A stretch of 64,000 nucleotides of DNA from Diplonema japonicum (GCA_964019335.1 OZ025665.1:372001-436000); one strand, 5' to 3'. Numbered from the stretch's first letter, positions 21,809-33,200 are shown. Notes: a model not told the origin generated them from the sequence alone. Made by a program: numbers and translations.

Positions 21809-23758
21809 TCACGCACAACAGGGTCGCTTCTCCCATGCAAGGGCCGTGCCGCAGTTCGCGCATTTCGGACTGATCTCCCAGAAAGTTCTCGGCATCTTAG
21901 CCCAGTCTTCTCGAACAGCCAGCTGCCTCTTTTCCATGATTTGTTTCTCTTTTCTTCTTTGCGCTTCCTTCTCTGCCTCTTTTCTCCTTCGCTCTTCCTC
22001 TCTCATTTGCTTCTCTTCTCTCAGTTGCTTTTCCCTGATTCTCTTCCTTTCCTCCTCTTTTTCCCTTTCGCGTTGTTCTCTTTCTTCACGCTCCCTTCTT
22101 GCCTCGGCCTGTCGCTTCTCCTCAGACTTCTTTTTCTCGTCAGCAATGCGCTTCTCCTCGGCTTTCTTTTTTTCCTCGGAGATACGCTTTTCTTCTGCCT
22201 TCCGTTTCTGCTCGGCTTTGCGTTGCTCATCGGCTTTGCGCTTTTCCTCTGCCTTGCGCTTTTGTTCCGCTTTGCGTTGTTCCTCAGCTTTGCGTTGTTC
22301 CTCGGCTTTCCGCTTTTCCTCCGCCTTGCGCTTGTCGTCGACTTTCCGCTTCTCCTCTTTCTCTCTTGCAGCCTTTTCCTTCGCAATGCGCTGCTCTTCT
22401 CTCGCAACGCGTTCTTTTTCTTCTCGTTGCGCAACGATGCGCTTCATCTCCTGGTTGTCCAGATCCTCATCGTAGTACGCCCGTATTTCATCGGATAAGG
22501 CGGCCGCACGGGGATTGTATTTTCCACCGAAAAGGGGAACGAGGTGAGGGAGAACAGACTCGATACAGAGCAGGGAAGAGAGGGCTTCATAAAACGTAGG
22601 AAGGGAGTATGAGAGGTAGCCGTAGGGGATAATATAGGACCGCCGGAAGCTGAATGGAAAGGAGAGCTCTCTTGCGGTTTTGGAGGTGAGATGGATTGCC
22701 CGGAGGAGGGCGACCTTGCTCGGCTCGCCTAAGATAGACGTCATGTCCGAAACCAGGCCGTCGTTCACGTTGTCATCGCCCAAGGTCTCCTCAACCTTCT
22801 CGTAAAACGTCAACGCTGCCAAAGGCAGATCTCTATCAGTAGGGCATGCAAGGAATGGGCTGACCGCCTCACTTCTGAATGATTGATATCCCTCCTCTCC
22901 AGCGATGCTTCGCATGTACTCGATCACGTGCATGGATTTTGCTTTTCTCGTCTCGTTCCTGGCCGTGTTCAGGGGCTCTCCCTTGTCGCCGAGGATTTCT
23001 ATAATTTGTTGGATTTCTTTGTTTGACAATTCCTCCGAAAGGTGGTCGTGCAGGTCGTAACCATCGCTTCCGGGGACTGAGAGGTGCTTCCAAAGAAGGC
23101 TGCTGTCTATGTCGGGGAAGGCCGTCTTGACCTTGCTAACGAGAAGCTTCGCATCATGAAGCTCGCGGAGAGCCTGTGCCTTGTTCTTGCTGGGGAGAAT
23201 GTCAACAAGGTCTGAGAATATCTCCTCAGAGCCCTGCTGGAATGTTTTGTAGAATGCTCGGAGAAACGTTTCCGCGGCTTGCTGGTCGGTGTCGGAGGCA
23301 GCCATGTACCGTTGGACTACGTTGGTGCGGAACTCTAGTAGAGCCTCTTCGCCGATCATGTCCTTGAGCCTCGCCATAAGATTGGCGTTTGTGTTATTTG
23401 TTTCATGAGAGACTTGGTCGAGAAGGCGGTGAAGGTGGCCTGCAAGTTCTTCTGGGATGGAATCGGTCTTCTCCAGCTTGTCTATCACGTTGTGGGCAAC
23501 TTTGTCGAAAGCGGCCTTCAACGATGAGCACAGTTGTTGAACAGAGACGCTCCCCTCGAGACACCCGGCCACTACTTCTGCCACTTCTCCAAGCTTTACA
23601 CGCACTTCACCGTCGATGCCCGCGAGGTGCCACTCCAGGTCCCTCCCGTAGCACTCCGAAAAGTCCTCCTTCGTGTACATCTCACCGTCTTCCGGGTCCA
23701 TCCTTTTTTGGACATCGTTGGAGAGGCCCTGCCTTCCGAAATTTCCAGGGCGGTACAT
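21809..23758 (-). CDS. Protein with tandem PAH-like helical domains, KAEEKR coiled-coil repeats and terminal CxxC
   Basis: 649-aa ORF; two related helical units (GEEALLEFR..FSDLVDILPSKNKAQALRELH and GEEGYQSFR..VSDMTSILGEPSKVALLRAIH); C-terminal CANCG..PCC. Confidence 0.75.
   Translation of the reverse strand: MYRPGNFGRQGLSNDVQKRMDPEDGEMYTKEDFSECYGRDLEWHLAGIDGEVRVKLGEVAEVVAGCLEGSVSVQQLCSSLKAAFDKVAHNVIDKLEKTDSIPEELAGHLHRLLDQVSHETNNTNANLMARLKDMIGEEALLEFRTNVVQRYMAASDTDQQAAETFLRAFYKTFQQGSEEIFSDLVDILPSKNKAQALRELHDAKLLVSKVKTAFPDIDSSLLWKHLSVPGSDGYDLHDHLSEELSNKEIQQIIEILGDKGEPLNTARNETRKAKSMHVIEYMRSIAGEEGYQSFRSEAVSPFLACPTDRDLPLAALTFYEKVEETLGDDNVNDGLVSDMTSILGEPSKVALLRAIHLTSKTARELSFPFSFRRSYIIPYGYLSYSLPTFYEALSSLLCIESVLPHLVPLFGGKYNPRAAALSDEIRAYYDEDLDNQEMKRIVAQREEKERVAREEQRIAKEKAAREKEEKRKVDDKRKAEEKRKAEEQRKAEEQRKAEQKRKAEEKRKADEQRKAEQKRKAEEKRISEEKKKAEEKRIADEKKKSEEKRQAEARREREEREQREREKEEERKRIREKQLREEKQMREEERRRKEAEKEAQRRKEKQIMEKRQLAVREDWAKMPRTFWEISPKCANCGTALAWEKRPCCA
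22110..22350. repeat. Degenerate 18-bp tandem repeat encoding KAEE(K/Q)R
   Basis: Repeated ctcggctttgcgttgttc-like units; protein RKAEEKRKAEEQRKAEEQRKAEQKRK. Confidence 0.85.
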
Positions 23759-24007
23759 GTTCTCTATATATCGGTATTACGGGTGTTTGATGCTTTTTTT
23801 TTTTTTTTTTTTTTCCTTCTTTTTTTTTTTTCTCGTGAGATAGACGCGAGAGTTTCGAGCAACACGAAGCAAATAAGATATAGAACAGGGGGGAGTGAGC
23901 ATAGCACTGGACCACACGAGCGCAGGAAATAGACTACCGACAATGTTTTGCGGTCTTTTCTTTTTATTAATTTATTATGCTAGGCACCATTTCTCGGGGA
24001 CAATTAA

Positions 24008-24547
24008 CCATCTACCAACGAGCGTCTTTACAGAGACGATTTGAAAAAAAATCTTTTGCGCAAAGGGCTTTCAATGCAATGCAACCTTCTGGGACCATTT
24101 CCCCGAACGTGCGGTGCAAGCATTGCAAGTCGAAAAGACCCCTATTTCAGTGTTCAGCCTGCTTGGTACAACTTTGCGTGACTCCGTGCTTCAAAGACCA
24201 CTACCTTGCCGGGGATACCCCCAGAAACCCCTCTCGGGGTCAAAAAAGAAGTCCCCCAGCCCTGGGGCTACGAACCGCGTCAAGAAGGCCTTAAATAGGT
24301 TTTTATAGAATTTTACAGTCGATTCTTTTTGACTTGTTTTTTGTACCCCCTCTCGGGCACTTCAAGAACGATATTTTTGACAATGTTGTGGGGGTGGGCC
24401 CTGCTGTGGGCACCCTCTCTCTAGAATTGGGACATCTGGAGGCATTTCCGGGGGCATATAGCCCCGGCGTTGCGCTAGAATAGTTTTTTTTGAGGTTTTG
24501 AAAATTTACCCCCCCCTGGTGGGCAAAAATAGTCCGTTGGTAGATGG
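24008..24547 (+). mobile_element. Non-autonomous piggyBac deletion derivative (540 bp)
   Basis: TTAA at 24004-24007 and 24548-24551; perfect 13-bp TIR CCATCTACCAACG; internal + strand remnant CKHCKSKRPLFQCSACLVQLCVTPCFKDH, matching the piggyBac C-terminal Cys-rich domain pattern. Confidence 0.9.
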
Positions 24548-24834
24548 TTAAGAAGGAAAAAAAAAAGCTAAACCAATTTTAATCGAATGAGGTTATTTCT
24601 TTTTTACGTTTTTTTTTTTTTTTTTTTTTTTTTTCTTTTTTTTTTTTTCTTTCCCTTCCTTTTTTTTCCAGTTTCCTTTCTCAGAAAGGATCGACGACCG
24701 GAGGGCTACGATATGGGAACAAAAAAACGAGGACCTCCCATTCCACGGTGTCAAACAAAAAATCCAAAAAAAAAAAACCAAACAAAAAATTGCTACTCCC
24801 CCCCCCCCCCCCCCCCAGTGTTGCGTCGCATTGT

Positions 24835-25961
24835 TTAAATCTCAAGAACGACCTTGCCGGTGGTGTCACGTCCCTCAAGTGCCTTTCAGGTTTTTTTTTT
24901 TTTTTTTTTTTTTTCTTTTTCTTTTTTAAATTCGAACACACCTCATGAGCCGCGCGGGCTTCGGCCAGGGGGAACACCTTGGACACAATGGAGACAATCT
25001 CACCAGACTTAAGCCACTTCATAACATCATCAACACGGGTCTGGCGCTCAACAGGATCAGAGACGTAGTTCGTGAGGGTGGGGCGGGTGAGGAACAGCGA
25101 CCCGTTCTTCGTGAGGGTCAGCGGTGCCACAGGAGGCACAGCTCCCGAAGCATTCCCGAACGAGGCCATGGTGCCCCTGGGTCTCAGGCACGCCAGGCTT
25201 CCCTCGAAAGTGGTCTTCCCAACACCGTCAAACACAACGTTCACACCCTCAGGCACGATCTTCCGCACCTCCTCAGGGAACTCTTTCTCGCTGTAGTTGA
25301 TGACGTGATCACACCTCCCAACGGACTTCGCAAGCTCCACTTTCTCAGGCGCGCCGCAGGTTCCGATCACATTGGCACCTTTGTTCTTGCACATCTGCGA
25401 AATGAGAAGCCCGCAGCCACCAGCGGCAGCGTGCACGAGCACCCAGTCTCCCTTCTTCACGTTGTACGTATCGTGGACAAGGTAGTGGGACGTCAGGCCC
25501 TGCAGCATGATGGCAGATGCTGCCTTCAGATCGGCATCGCTATCCAGCTTCGCCATCTGGTTGACGCCCACCTTTACGCATCCTGCGTACGAACCTGTCT
25601 TGTTGCCCCAGAATGCGATGTTCTGGCCAACAAGCGCCTTGTCGACATCGGGGCCTACCGAGATGACGACACCGGCGCCCTCCTGTCCGAGGGTGAAAGG
25701 CGGTGTGTTTGGGTACAGCCCCGACCTGAAGTATGTGTCGATGAAGTTCACACCGGCAAACTTAGTCGCCACCACCACCTCTCCCTCACCACACCCGTCA
25801 ACAATGGCCTTCATGTCCCCATCTGTTTTGAACGCCAACTTGTCAGCACCGCCGTGCTCCGTCACCACCACCTTCGGATAAGTTGAAGCAGTTGCCATTG
25901 TGCGTGAGACCCCCCTTAGCTGCCGTGCGGTGTACAGTCCTACTCTTTGGAACACGCGCAT
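24835..25961 (-). CDS. qor: NADPH:quinone oxidoreductase (zeta-crystallin/QOR, MDR family), 2 exons (355 aa)
   Basis: GVNFIDTYFRSGLY, LQGLTSHYL, VHAAAGGCG and SFGNASG. Intron 24883-24941 (59 nt, A-rich) restores the C-terminus AHE|ALEGRDTTGKVVLEI*. Presequence-like N-terminus. Confidence 0.92.
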
Positions 25962-26063
25962 GGCAAACAGAATAAAAGTTAGAGCACGGGGGGGAAGGGG
26001 CGAGGAGGCTGTCAAGTGTGGCAATGGTTAGGCAGGTGGAAGCACACAAGACAGATGAAAGAA

Positions 26064-26789
26064 CTAAGAAAAGACTATGTTGCTGGTATCAAACGGGGCG
26101 GAGGCGAAACCAGCCCTGCACGATGCGTGGAAGCGTTGGGGTTTGGTACGAAAAAGGTACGAAGAGAAACGGACACCCGCCATAAAGCGCGCAGTGCCGG
26201 AGGGGTTGGAGGTGCCACGGTGCCATGTGCGCTTATCACGCAGAATAATCGTGCCTATAGGACCAGAAAGTGTTTTGTGAGATGCCCCGTAAACAGACAG
26301 CAGCGCGTCAGGAATCTCACCATCCTCCATGAGGTCGATGGAGGTGGTGAGATGGGTACCTGGTATGATGTCAAACGCACCATTCTCTTCAGTTGTATCT
26401 TGCAAGTAGACGTTGGCAATGATCTCCATTGGCGGCCCTGTGGAGCCGCACCCCTCCCTAACCTCTCTGCTGTGGTAATGACTGCAATCCATGTGATATG
26501 GCTGGTGCTTGTCTGCTGTGTTCTTGTTGCACGTGTAGCTGTTCAGCGTGTATCCTCCCCCAAGCACCTTTCTGATCATAGCATGTGCCTCCTCGTGCAT
26601 TATGATGTCCCACGGAACGTCTTCTTCTTCTACAGGCATCCTTTGTTGATCATGCCCTTCGAAATAATTCCATTCTTTCTCTTCATTCGGGTGTTTCTCC
26701 ATCCACCTCCTCAGCTTCTCGCAACATTCCCTCGGCGCCTTCGACGGCAGTACAGTGAACCCGTTCTCCAGGAGCTCTTGCACGGACAT
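26064..26789 (-). CDS. Phytanoyl-CoA dioxygenase (PhyH) family Fe(II)/2OG oxygenase
   Basis: ENGFTVL, HxD motif QPYHMD, YLQDTTEENGAFDIIPGTH, distal His WHRG and Arg in ARFM. Confidence 0.88.
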   Translation of the reverse strand: MSVQELLENGFTVLPSKAPRECCEKLRRWMEKHPNEEKEWNYFEGHDQQRMPVEEEDVPWDIIMHEEAHAMIRKVLGGGYTLNSYTCNKNTADKHQPYHMDCSHYHSREVREGCGSTGPPMEIIANVYLQDTTEENGAFDIIPGTHLTTSIDLMEDGEIPDALLSVYGASHKTLSGPIGTIILRDKRTWHRGTSNPSGTARFMAGVRFSSYLFRTKPQRFHASCRAGFASAPFDTSNIVFS

Positions 26790-26937
26790 TGGACAAAGTG
26801 TAAAAATGTGAGACCACCGCACTACAAAGGGAAACAATTTTTTGGGATAGATATTTCAAATAAAAAAAAAAAAAAAAAAGAATGATTGACACTATTGAAA
26901 CAGGGTTAGGATTACAAAGAGAAAAAAAAAAATCCAC

Positions 26938-29361
26938 CTACCCAAACAACACCTGGCCCGCAACGCGGAGCCCTTCCCTCTGAACGACTTCAAGGAGCAC
27001 AGTTTTCTGGGCATTCCATGAACCTTTGCCTTGCAAGGCTTTCACGTACGTCTCCACGTCATCGAAGGGCCGTTCGCAGGCAGCAGGTTCTTGTATAAAG
27101 CACAGGTTGGCAAGGGTGATGTCGTGACACGCTTCTTCGTCTTCTTCGTCTTCCTCTTCTGTTTCTTCTTCGTCGTTCTCTTCGACGACGAGGCTGTTGA
27201 GGCACCTCAGCAGCACTGCGGCATCTTCACTGCTTACTTGTCCCAATGTCTCACAAACCAGCCTGCACAGTATCAGCTGTTTGTTCCGTGGGCTAATGTA
27301 AGGGGATGTTGCTGCTTCATCGACAAGGTGCTTGGTAATGTCCCAGTCGTGGAGCATCACGCTGCCACCTAGGTACAGCACGATGTTGCTGAACAAAGAC
27401 ATACGGTCGCGTGCCCTTGCGCTAGATGATGAGAGATGTGAAAATAAAACAACGACCAGGGGGAGCGGTACGCAGGGCATCGTGCGCGCATACCGTGCAG
27501 CGTGGCTTGCCAAGCTGAACGAATCGCCTGTCTCCAAACACCTTGTGACGTACGGCAGCAGCGTCCCAACATCCTGCGTACAGTGCAGCAGGGCAATCAA
27601 CACCTCATCGAACCCTTCGACGGCACAGCACGCTTCCAGATGTTCCGTCTGCAGCCCCAGTGCCGTCCTTGTATGTGTTATAAAGCTGGATATAATTTTG
27701 AATGCGTACTGCGACAAACTCGTCCCAGCTAGCTTCAGGAGTGCCTCGGTGACCTTGCCCAGCACGTCGGGGCAGTGCCTGACCACCGCTGCTAAGGCTT
27801 CGAACATGTAGTGGACTGCAGTGGGGTGCACATCCCTCCGCCCGATGTCACAGATGGTTTGCAGCATCTCCGTGACCATGAGGTTCGCTTCCTGCTGCAC
27901 AATGCCGCACCACTTCCCGCATGCCCTTGCGAGGGTCTGTGCGACGCTGGTGTCGTAGGTCCTGCGGAAAGCAGCGAAGGTGGTGGACAGCACGTAATGT
28001 ACCTCAGGAGGCGAGGGGGGGGCCTTGCTGGTGGTGATGAACCTGTCTAGAGCCACGCATGCACATGTGACGAGGGATAGGTTAGGACAGTCGAACCAGC
28101 GAACGATGACTTTGATGATGGAGACGTGTGTCTCGGGGCGCGCGTACTTAACACCGTAAGAGGCGGTGAATAGCAACGCATCGCCAATGCTGATGCCCTC
28201 CGACTCTGCGATAGTGAGCGGTGCGTCCAACACCTTCGCGACCTTGGTGAAGAAGCTGGCGGACTCTTCCACAAAACAACCCATCTTGACGAGGTTTGTG
28301 AAGAGAAAGACACATCCGGAGAAGGTGTCATACCGCTCAGGCGCGAGTTTCACCATCTCAGTGAGTTCTTTGAGGATACAGACTTTCGCCTGCTCAGCAT
28401 GCACGGTGCTCAGGATACCTTTGAGAACCTCGAGGGCGGCCATCCGACCGGTACCAGCACCGCACATCTTTCTAATGTACTCCGAAGGGTGGTCTGAAAA
28501 GAGTGCCACATCACAGTGTGTAGGGAGGGACATTGAAGCAGCGAGGGAAATGCTTGTTTGAACTTCGGTGGGGCCGAGCTTTTCGGGAGCACGGGTGGTG
28601 ATGGCTATAAGGCGGAGGACAAACGCCCTGTCGGTGTCGGGTGTGGCCAGCAAACGGTTGATGTGCCGGAGAAGCACATCGTCTACACCAGCGACCACCC
28701 TAGCGATCTCTAACGCAGAAGCTAAATAAGCTGCTTCACCAGTTTTAAGCAACAGATCCAGGTAGACACCCGCAGTAGAAGTGCAGAGAACGGATGGGCA
28801 CGTCACAGCGAGATCCGACAAGATAGAAGCAAGAAAAGGCGTAGGTGGGAGGTGTTGTAGACAAGACTGAAGAAGCGGCTCCAATGAAGAATAGATGAAT
28901 CGAACATCACCATCAAACGCAGGAGAAGCAGGCTCCGTGCGGAGGGAGTCAGTGACTACAGACAAAGAGAAGAGAGACGTGTGGATTGTGGGGAGATCGT
29001 TGTTCTCAACACCCCACCGGAGGCAGTCTACCACTTCTGTAAAGAATGGAATCTCTTTGCTGCTAAACATTCCATGTCTCGCGTAGCTGGCGATTCCAGC
29101 TGCAGTCAGCACCTTGCTGATGTTCCCCCCTTTTGCTCTCACCGCAGCGCGGCCTAGACCTGTGACCTTTCCCTTTCCTCTTTTAACGGCTAGAGCGGCG
29201 CCAAGCCTCACTTCCTCTTCTCCCTCTCCCACTGCTATGTCTAAAAAGATAGCTAGATCCTTCCCCTCTATCATTTTCTCGCCTTCCGCGCGTTGTCGTG
29301 CATCGCTGCTGGTCACCTGTCGCAGGCCTTGTTTTACCGTTTCTATTTCCATTTTCGACAT
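26938..29361 (-). CDS. Importin-beta/exportin-like HEAT/ARM repeat protein (divergent)
   Basis: N-terminal TSSDARQRAEGEK..EEVRLGAALAVK resembles IBN_N; FSDHPSEYIR motif; helical repeats and an acidic loop near the C-terminus. Confidence 0.65.
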   Translation of the reverse strand: MSKMEIETVKQGLRQVTSSDARQRAEGEKMIEGKDLAIFLDIAVGEGEEEVRLGAALAVKRGKGKVTGLGRAAVRAKGGNISKVLTAAGIASYARHGMFSSKEIPFFTEVVDCLRWGVENNDLPTIHTSLFSLSVVTDSLRTEPASPAFDGDVRFIYSSLEPLLQSCLQHLPPTPFLASILSDLAVTCPSVLCTSTAGVYLDLLLKTGEAAYLASALEIARVVAGVDDVLLRHINRLLATPDTDRAFVLRLIAITTRAPEKLGPTEVQTSISLAASMSLPTHCDVALFSDHPSEYIRKMCGAGTGRMAALEVLKGILSTVHAEQAKVCILKELTEMVKLAPERYDTFSGCVFLFTNLVKMGCFVEESASFFTKVAKVLDAPLTIAESEGISIGDALLFTASYGVKYARPETHVSIIKVIVRWFDCPNLSLVTCACVALDRFITTSKAPPSPPEVHYVLSTTFAAFRRTYDTSVAQTLARACGKWCGIVQQEANLMVTEMLQTICDIGRRDVHPTAVHYMFEALAAVVRHCPDVLGKVTEALLKLAGTSLSQYAFKIISSFITHTRTALGLQTEHLEACCAVEGFDEVLIALLHCTQDVGTLLPYVTRCLETGDSFSLASHAARYARTMPCVPLPLVVVLFSHLSSSSARARDRMSLFSNIVLYLGGSVMLHDWDITKHLVDEAATSPYISPRNKQLILCRLVCETLGQVSSEDAAVLLRCLNSLVVEENDEEETEEEDEEDEEACHDITLANLCFIQEPAACERPFDDVETYVKALQGKGSWNAQKTVLLEVVQREGLRVAGQVLFG

Positions 29362-29833
29362 TTTTTTCTTTTCTGTTTCCCTCTAAAGAAAGGGGAAAAA
29401 AAAAAAGAAAAGAAATACCCCTCCTCCTCCTTTGTTTATATTGAAAACGGGTGAACAAGAAAGAAAGAAAAAACAAAAAGAAGGAGGGGAAAGGGGGGGG
29501 CATAAAAAAAAAGGGAAACCAATATACTATTACTCTTTTCTCTCCATTTCTTTTTTTCTTTTTTTTTTTTCTTTTTGCTCGCTCTGCCTGAAGTAGATCC
29601 CCACAAATAAGGGGAAAAAAAGGTTTTTTTTTTTTGTTGTAAAGTTGATGATATTATTTAAAAGAAGAATGTAAAAACAAAAAAAAAAAAAAAAAAACAA
29701 AAAACCTCCGCCTTTCCCCCAGAAAAAAACCTTTTTTTGCACACTCACACTGATCACCGGGTCCTCTTTCTCTTCTGACAAACAACCTCTTCTGAAAAAA
29801 GAAGTTACCGTTGTTCTGGTCTCGCCCTGCTGC

Positions 29834-31436
29834 TTACAGCTCGTAAGTCTTAACCTGCCTGTCAATCGAGCACGATGTGATAGAGCGGGCACTGTCCCCC
29901 CACACACAGTCGGTGACAGTAGTTTTGTGATCGCGGTGTGTCGCGACCTCAGAGTTTGTCGCCACATCGTAGATCTTGAGGGAGTCCGTGCAGATAGCGA
30001 GGTAAGCACCTATTATATTAATATTTTCTTTCCCCCCCCCCCCCATACCAGAAAGGTCAAACGCAACCTTGTTAACAGGCGTAGGCCGCGCTGGGTCAGA
30101 ATCTTCGAAGGTTATGCTCCTCAGTTTCTACAATTAGATTTTTTTTTTTTCTCTCTTTTTTTTTACACGTACCTCCAGACGCCTCAGGTCCCACATGGTC
30201 ACGACACCGTCGATGCTGCCTGTGCAGAGGGCGTACCCGTTTTCGGAGAATGACATCGTTGTGACTGCCTTGCAGTCCTTGTCGCCCAAGTTGAAGGCTT
30301 TCATGGATCTCAGGTCCCATATCCTCACAGAGTTGACACCCCCGTCGGCTGTGGCGCACGCCATCAGCATCCCGTCAGGGTGGAACGCCCCGCACGTGAA
30401 CCCCTTCTTGATGTCCGCCTCCTGCAGCGACACGATCTTCTTCCCGTTCCCAGTGGACGACATGTCGTACAAGTTGACAAGACCATCCTCCCCACACGTC
30501 AGCAGCACATCGTCCGTCGGGTTGAAACACACAGATGTAACGGGTTCTGAACATTTTTTTTTTTTTAAAAAAAGATTTTTTTTTTCTCATACTTTTGTGG
30601 TCGTGGAATTCGGCAACGGTAGCATAACCCCTCGGGCCCTTGGCCCATACCCGGACGACTTCTTCGCTTGCTGTGACGAGTCTCTCCGACACCCTGGAGA
30701 GGAATACGCACTTTATAGACTTTGTGTGTCCGGTAAGCTTCTGTTGGACCTCGTTCTTGTTATTTAAAACAACAACAGCACCGTCCATACCGCCGGTGAC
30801 GGTGCATCCGTTGAAGCTATCGACTGAGGTTACGCCGGGTGTCGTGGTGGAGTGGGGGGCAAGGGTGCGGGCTTCCTTCATGGATTTGAGATCGTCCTTT
30901 GAGGCAAGGTCTGAAGGGAGTGCGCGTTTCTTACGCTTCATTGAGAGCTGCTTGGCGGCGGCGGTCATCTTTGCGAAGATCTCTTTCGGGATCGCCTTTC
31001 CGTCAGCGGCCTTTGCCGTTGCAGCTGGTACTTCGCCTTGAAGTTCTGACAGAGCCTTGTGCGCGGCATCGCGTTCCTTCATCACTCTTGCGATTACTCT
31101 GCAAGCGCCGTCGTGTTTATAGAGTGCATGTGACAGCTCTTGTCGAACGAGGTCCAGCTGTTTCTTTAATTGAAAATTTTCCAGCATCACAGCGTCCCAT
31201 TCAGCCTGCTGTGCTTGGAGCAGTCCTGGGATGCTTTGCTGCCCCGCGGCTCTCGGCCTTGCGGAATGCACCGCTTCAAGCGCGAGAAGATCTTCCTTTT
31301 CCAGTTCGTGGCCCTTCACCGGACACTTGTGATTTTCACTGATATAAGCCTCTATCAACCTTTTATCGAATAGAATACCGCTTTTTTGGCTCACGACCGG
31401 GACATCGGGGACCTGGTTCGACAACGCGCAAAACAT
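29834..31436 (-). CDS. PRP19: Pre-mRNA processing factor 19 (U-box, coiled coil, WD40), 4 exons (490 aa)
   Basis: MFCALSNQVPDVPVVSQKSGILFDKRLIEAYI and SIPGLL..QAEWDAVMLENFQLKKQL..RQELSHALY. Introns 30547-30592 (46 nt), 30128-30172 (45 nt) and 30010-30048 (39 nt) give a continuous WD40 frame. Confidence 0.93.
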
Positions 31437-31640
31437 TTTTTTTTTTCTTTTGTGCCCTTTTTTTTTATTTATTATGTTTTGTTTTTTTTATAGAAAAAAA
31501 GGAAACAAAAAAAAAAAAAAACTCCACTATGATGGGGAAAAATGAAGGAGGAAAATAAATAGCAAACAATCCTCCAGAAAAATGAAAGAAGTGGGGAGGG
31601 GGGGATTAAAAAAAGTAGGGGGGAAAAAAAAAGCGGAATA

Positions 31641-32639
31641 AGGCTCGTCCGGACGAAAATGTCAACACTTTTTTGGGCACCTCCGAAAATTTCTTGTTTT
31701 GATTATTTGAGCAAAAAAAGGGCAGCATGCAACCATAGGAAGATGACATATATGGTGTACATGACGCCGTTCTTTCAATTGCGATGCTTGTTTTGCCATG
31801 AGGGCGGCAGGCTTTGCAACCGGCTGCCCCAAAGAAAAATGTTTAAAATGCAATTTTATTGCTTAAAAATGCAGCATCTAGGGTGCATAAAACTGGTGAT
31901 CAAGCGCACTTGTGACCCCTGGGTACAACCCAGGGTCGGGTTATTGTTAAAAGTACTTAGCGAAAAATATATGGCGCCGCATAGCCCCCCGAAAATCCGG
32001 TTTTTTACACCCTATTTTTTGGCTTTTTCAAGGGGCTCCTAAGGGATTTTGGCTTTTTCAGAAAAACCAATTCTTAACACTTGCCTGCTCGTGCAGAGCT
32101 TCGACATTGGTATCTTTGGGGCCAAACTTTCATTCTCAACCCATCTGCTGAGGTTTTTCCTTTTCTTTTGCACTCATAATGCTTTAAAAGTGAAAATTTT
32201 GCTTTTTTAAGGGGTTTTAAAGGGATTTTAGCCTTAAATAGGCTAAAATGGCACTTTAAGGGTAAGTTCTCCCCACCCCATTTTAATAGTGATTTAGAGT
32301 CCAGCCCACCCAAAATGACCCCAAAGGTTCACAGATTTTCAATCTGCGTCCATTCCTCCTGTCGCTTTTCACGGAAAAACGAAAATAAAAAATGGAGCCT
32401 GGGTTATTTGTGACTTCCAAATTGAATCGTTTGCCAAAAACCATTCTAAAAAACATGTTTTTGCACATGCGTTTTAAAAACAAAACAAACGGCGAGCATT
32501 TTGACCTATATGGTGTTCAAGCTTAGACTGCATTTCTGCACACAAAGTGGTGTCGGACTACTTTTTTACTTAGAAATTTAACGGGGGTTTTACGCCGCAT
32601 AGGAGGGTCATTTGTTGACATTTTTTTCCAGATGAGCTC
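31641..32639. mobile_element. MITE-like non-autonomous DNA transposon (999 bp)
   Basis: Imperfect 27-bp TIR (AGGCTCGTCCGGACGAAAATGTCAACA vs GAGCTCATCTGGAAAAAAATGTCAACA, 21/27), ATA flanking both ends (putative 3-bp TSD). The interior lacks the long homopolymers of host intergenic DNA and has no real ORF. Confidence 0.65.
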
Positions 32640-33200
32640 ATATTATTTTTTTCTTCTTTTTTTTTTTTTTCCTTTTTGTATATGATGAACAGAAACACTT
32701 GTTATTGTAGTTATCAAAAAAAAAAGAAGAATGTTTGGCGGTGTTTCGCGGTTTCAAATAATCTCTTTTTATTAGGGAAAAAAAAGATTGCCCCGTACAA
32801 GGAACCCGCCTATTCTTTTTTTTTTTTTCTTTTCGCTTGCACAGTTGGTGTTCGTTTATTTATTTATTTATTTTTTGTTTTATAGCCTTAAAAAACACAT
32901 ACATTAACGTAGTCTATAAAGGCTTCTTCTCCCCCACTCTCCCTCTTCAAGTTTCGAGTTGCATTTTCTTTTTTTTTATTCCAAAAATTGAGGTCCGAAA
33001 GGCCTTGAGAACGACTCAGGTCTAAGCGTTGTTGAGCACGGGATGAGGGCGGCAGTGAGTAAAAGTTGAATTATGTGTACATCTTTGTCGCATTTTTTTT
33101 TTCTATTGACGAAGATTTTTCGTTTTATAGGCGGACCCCTTCTTCTTTTTATAATGGCAACTAGAGTTGAAGATATGGGCTCTGTGGTAAAAAAAAAAAG

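Noticed and set aside
23977-24294. 105-aa + strand ORF as a functional gene
   Set aside because: It starts outside the TIR and contains only the transposase Cys-rich remnant; treated as part of the piggyBac element.
24945-25886. 313-aa + strand ORF (also 26016-26885, 18408-19244, 21771-22475)
   Set aside because: Antisense shadows of real minus-strand genes caused by codon bias and low complexity.
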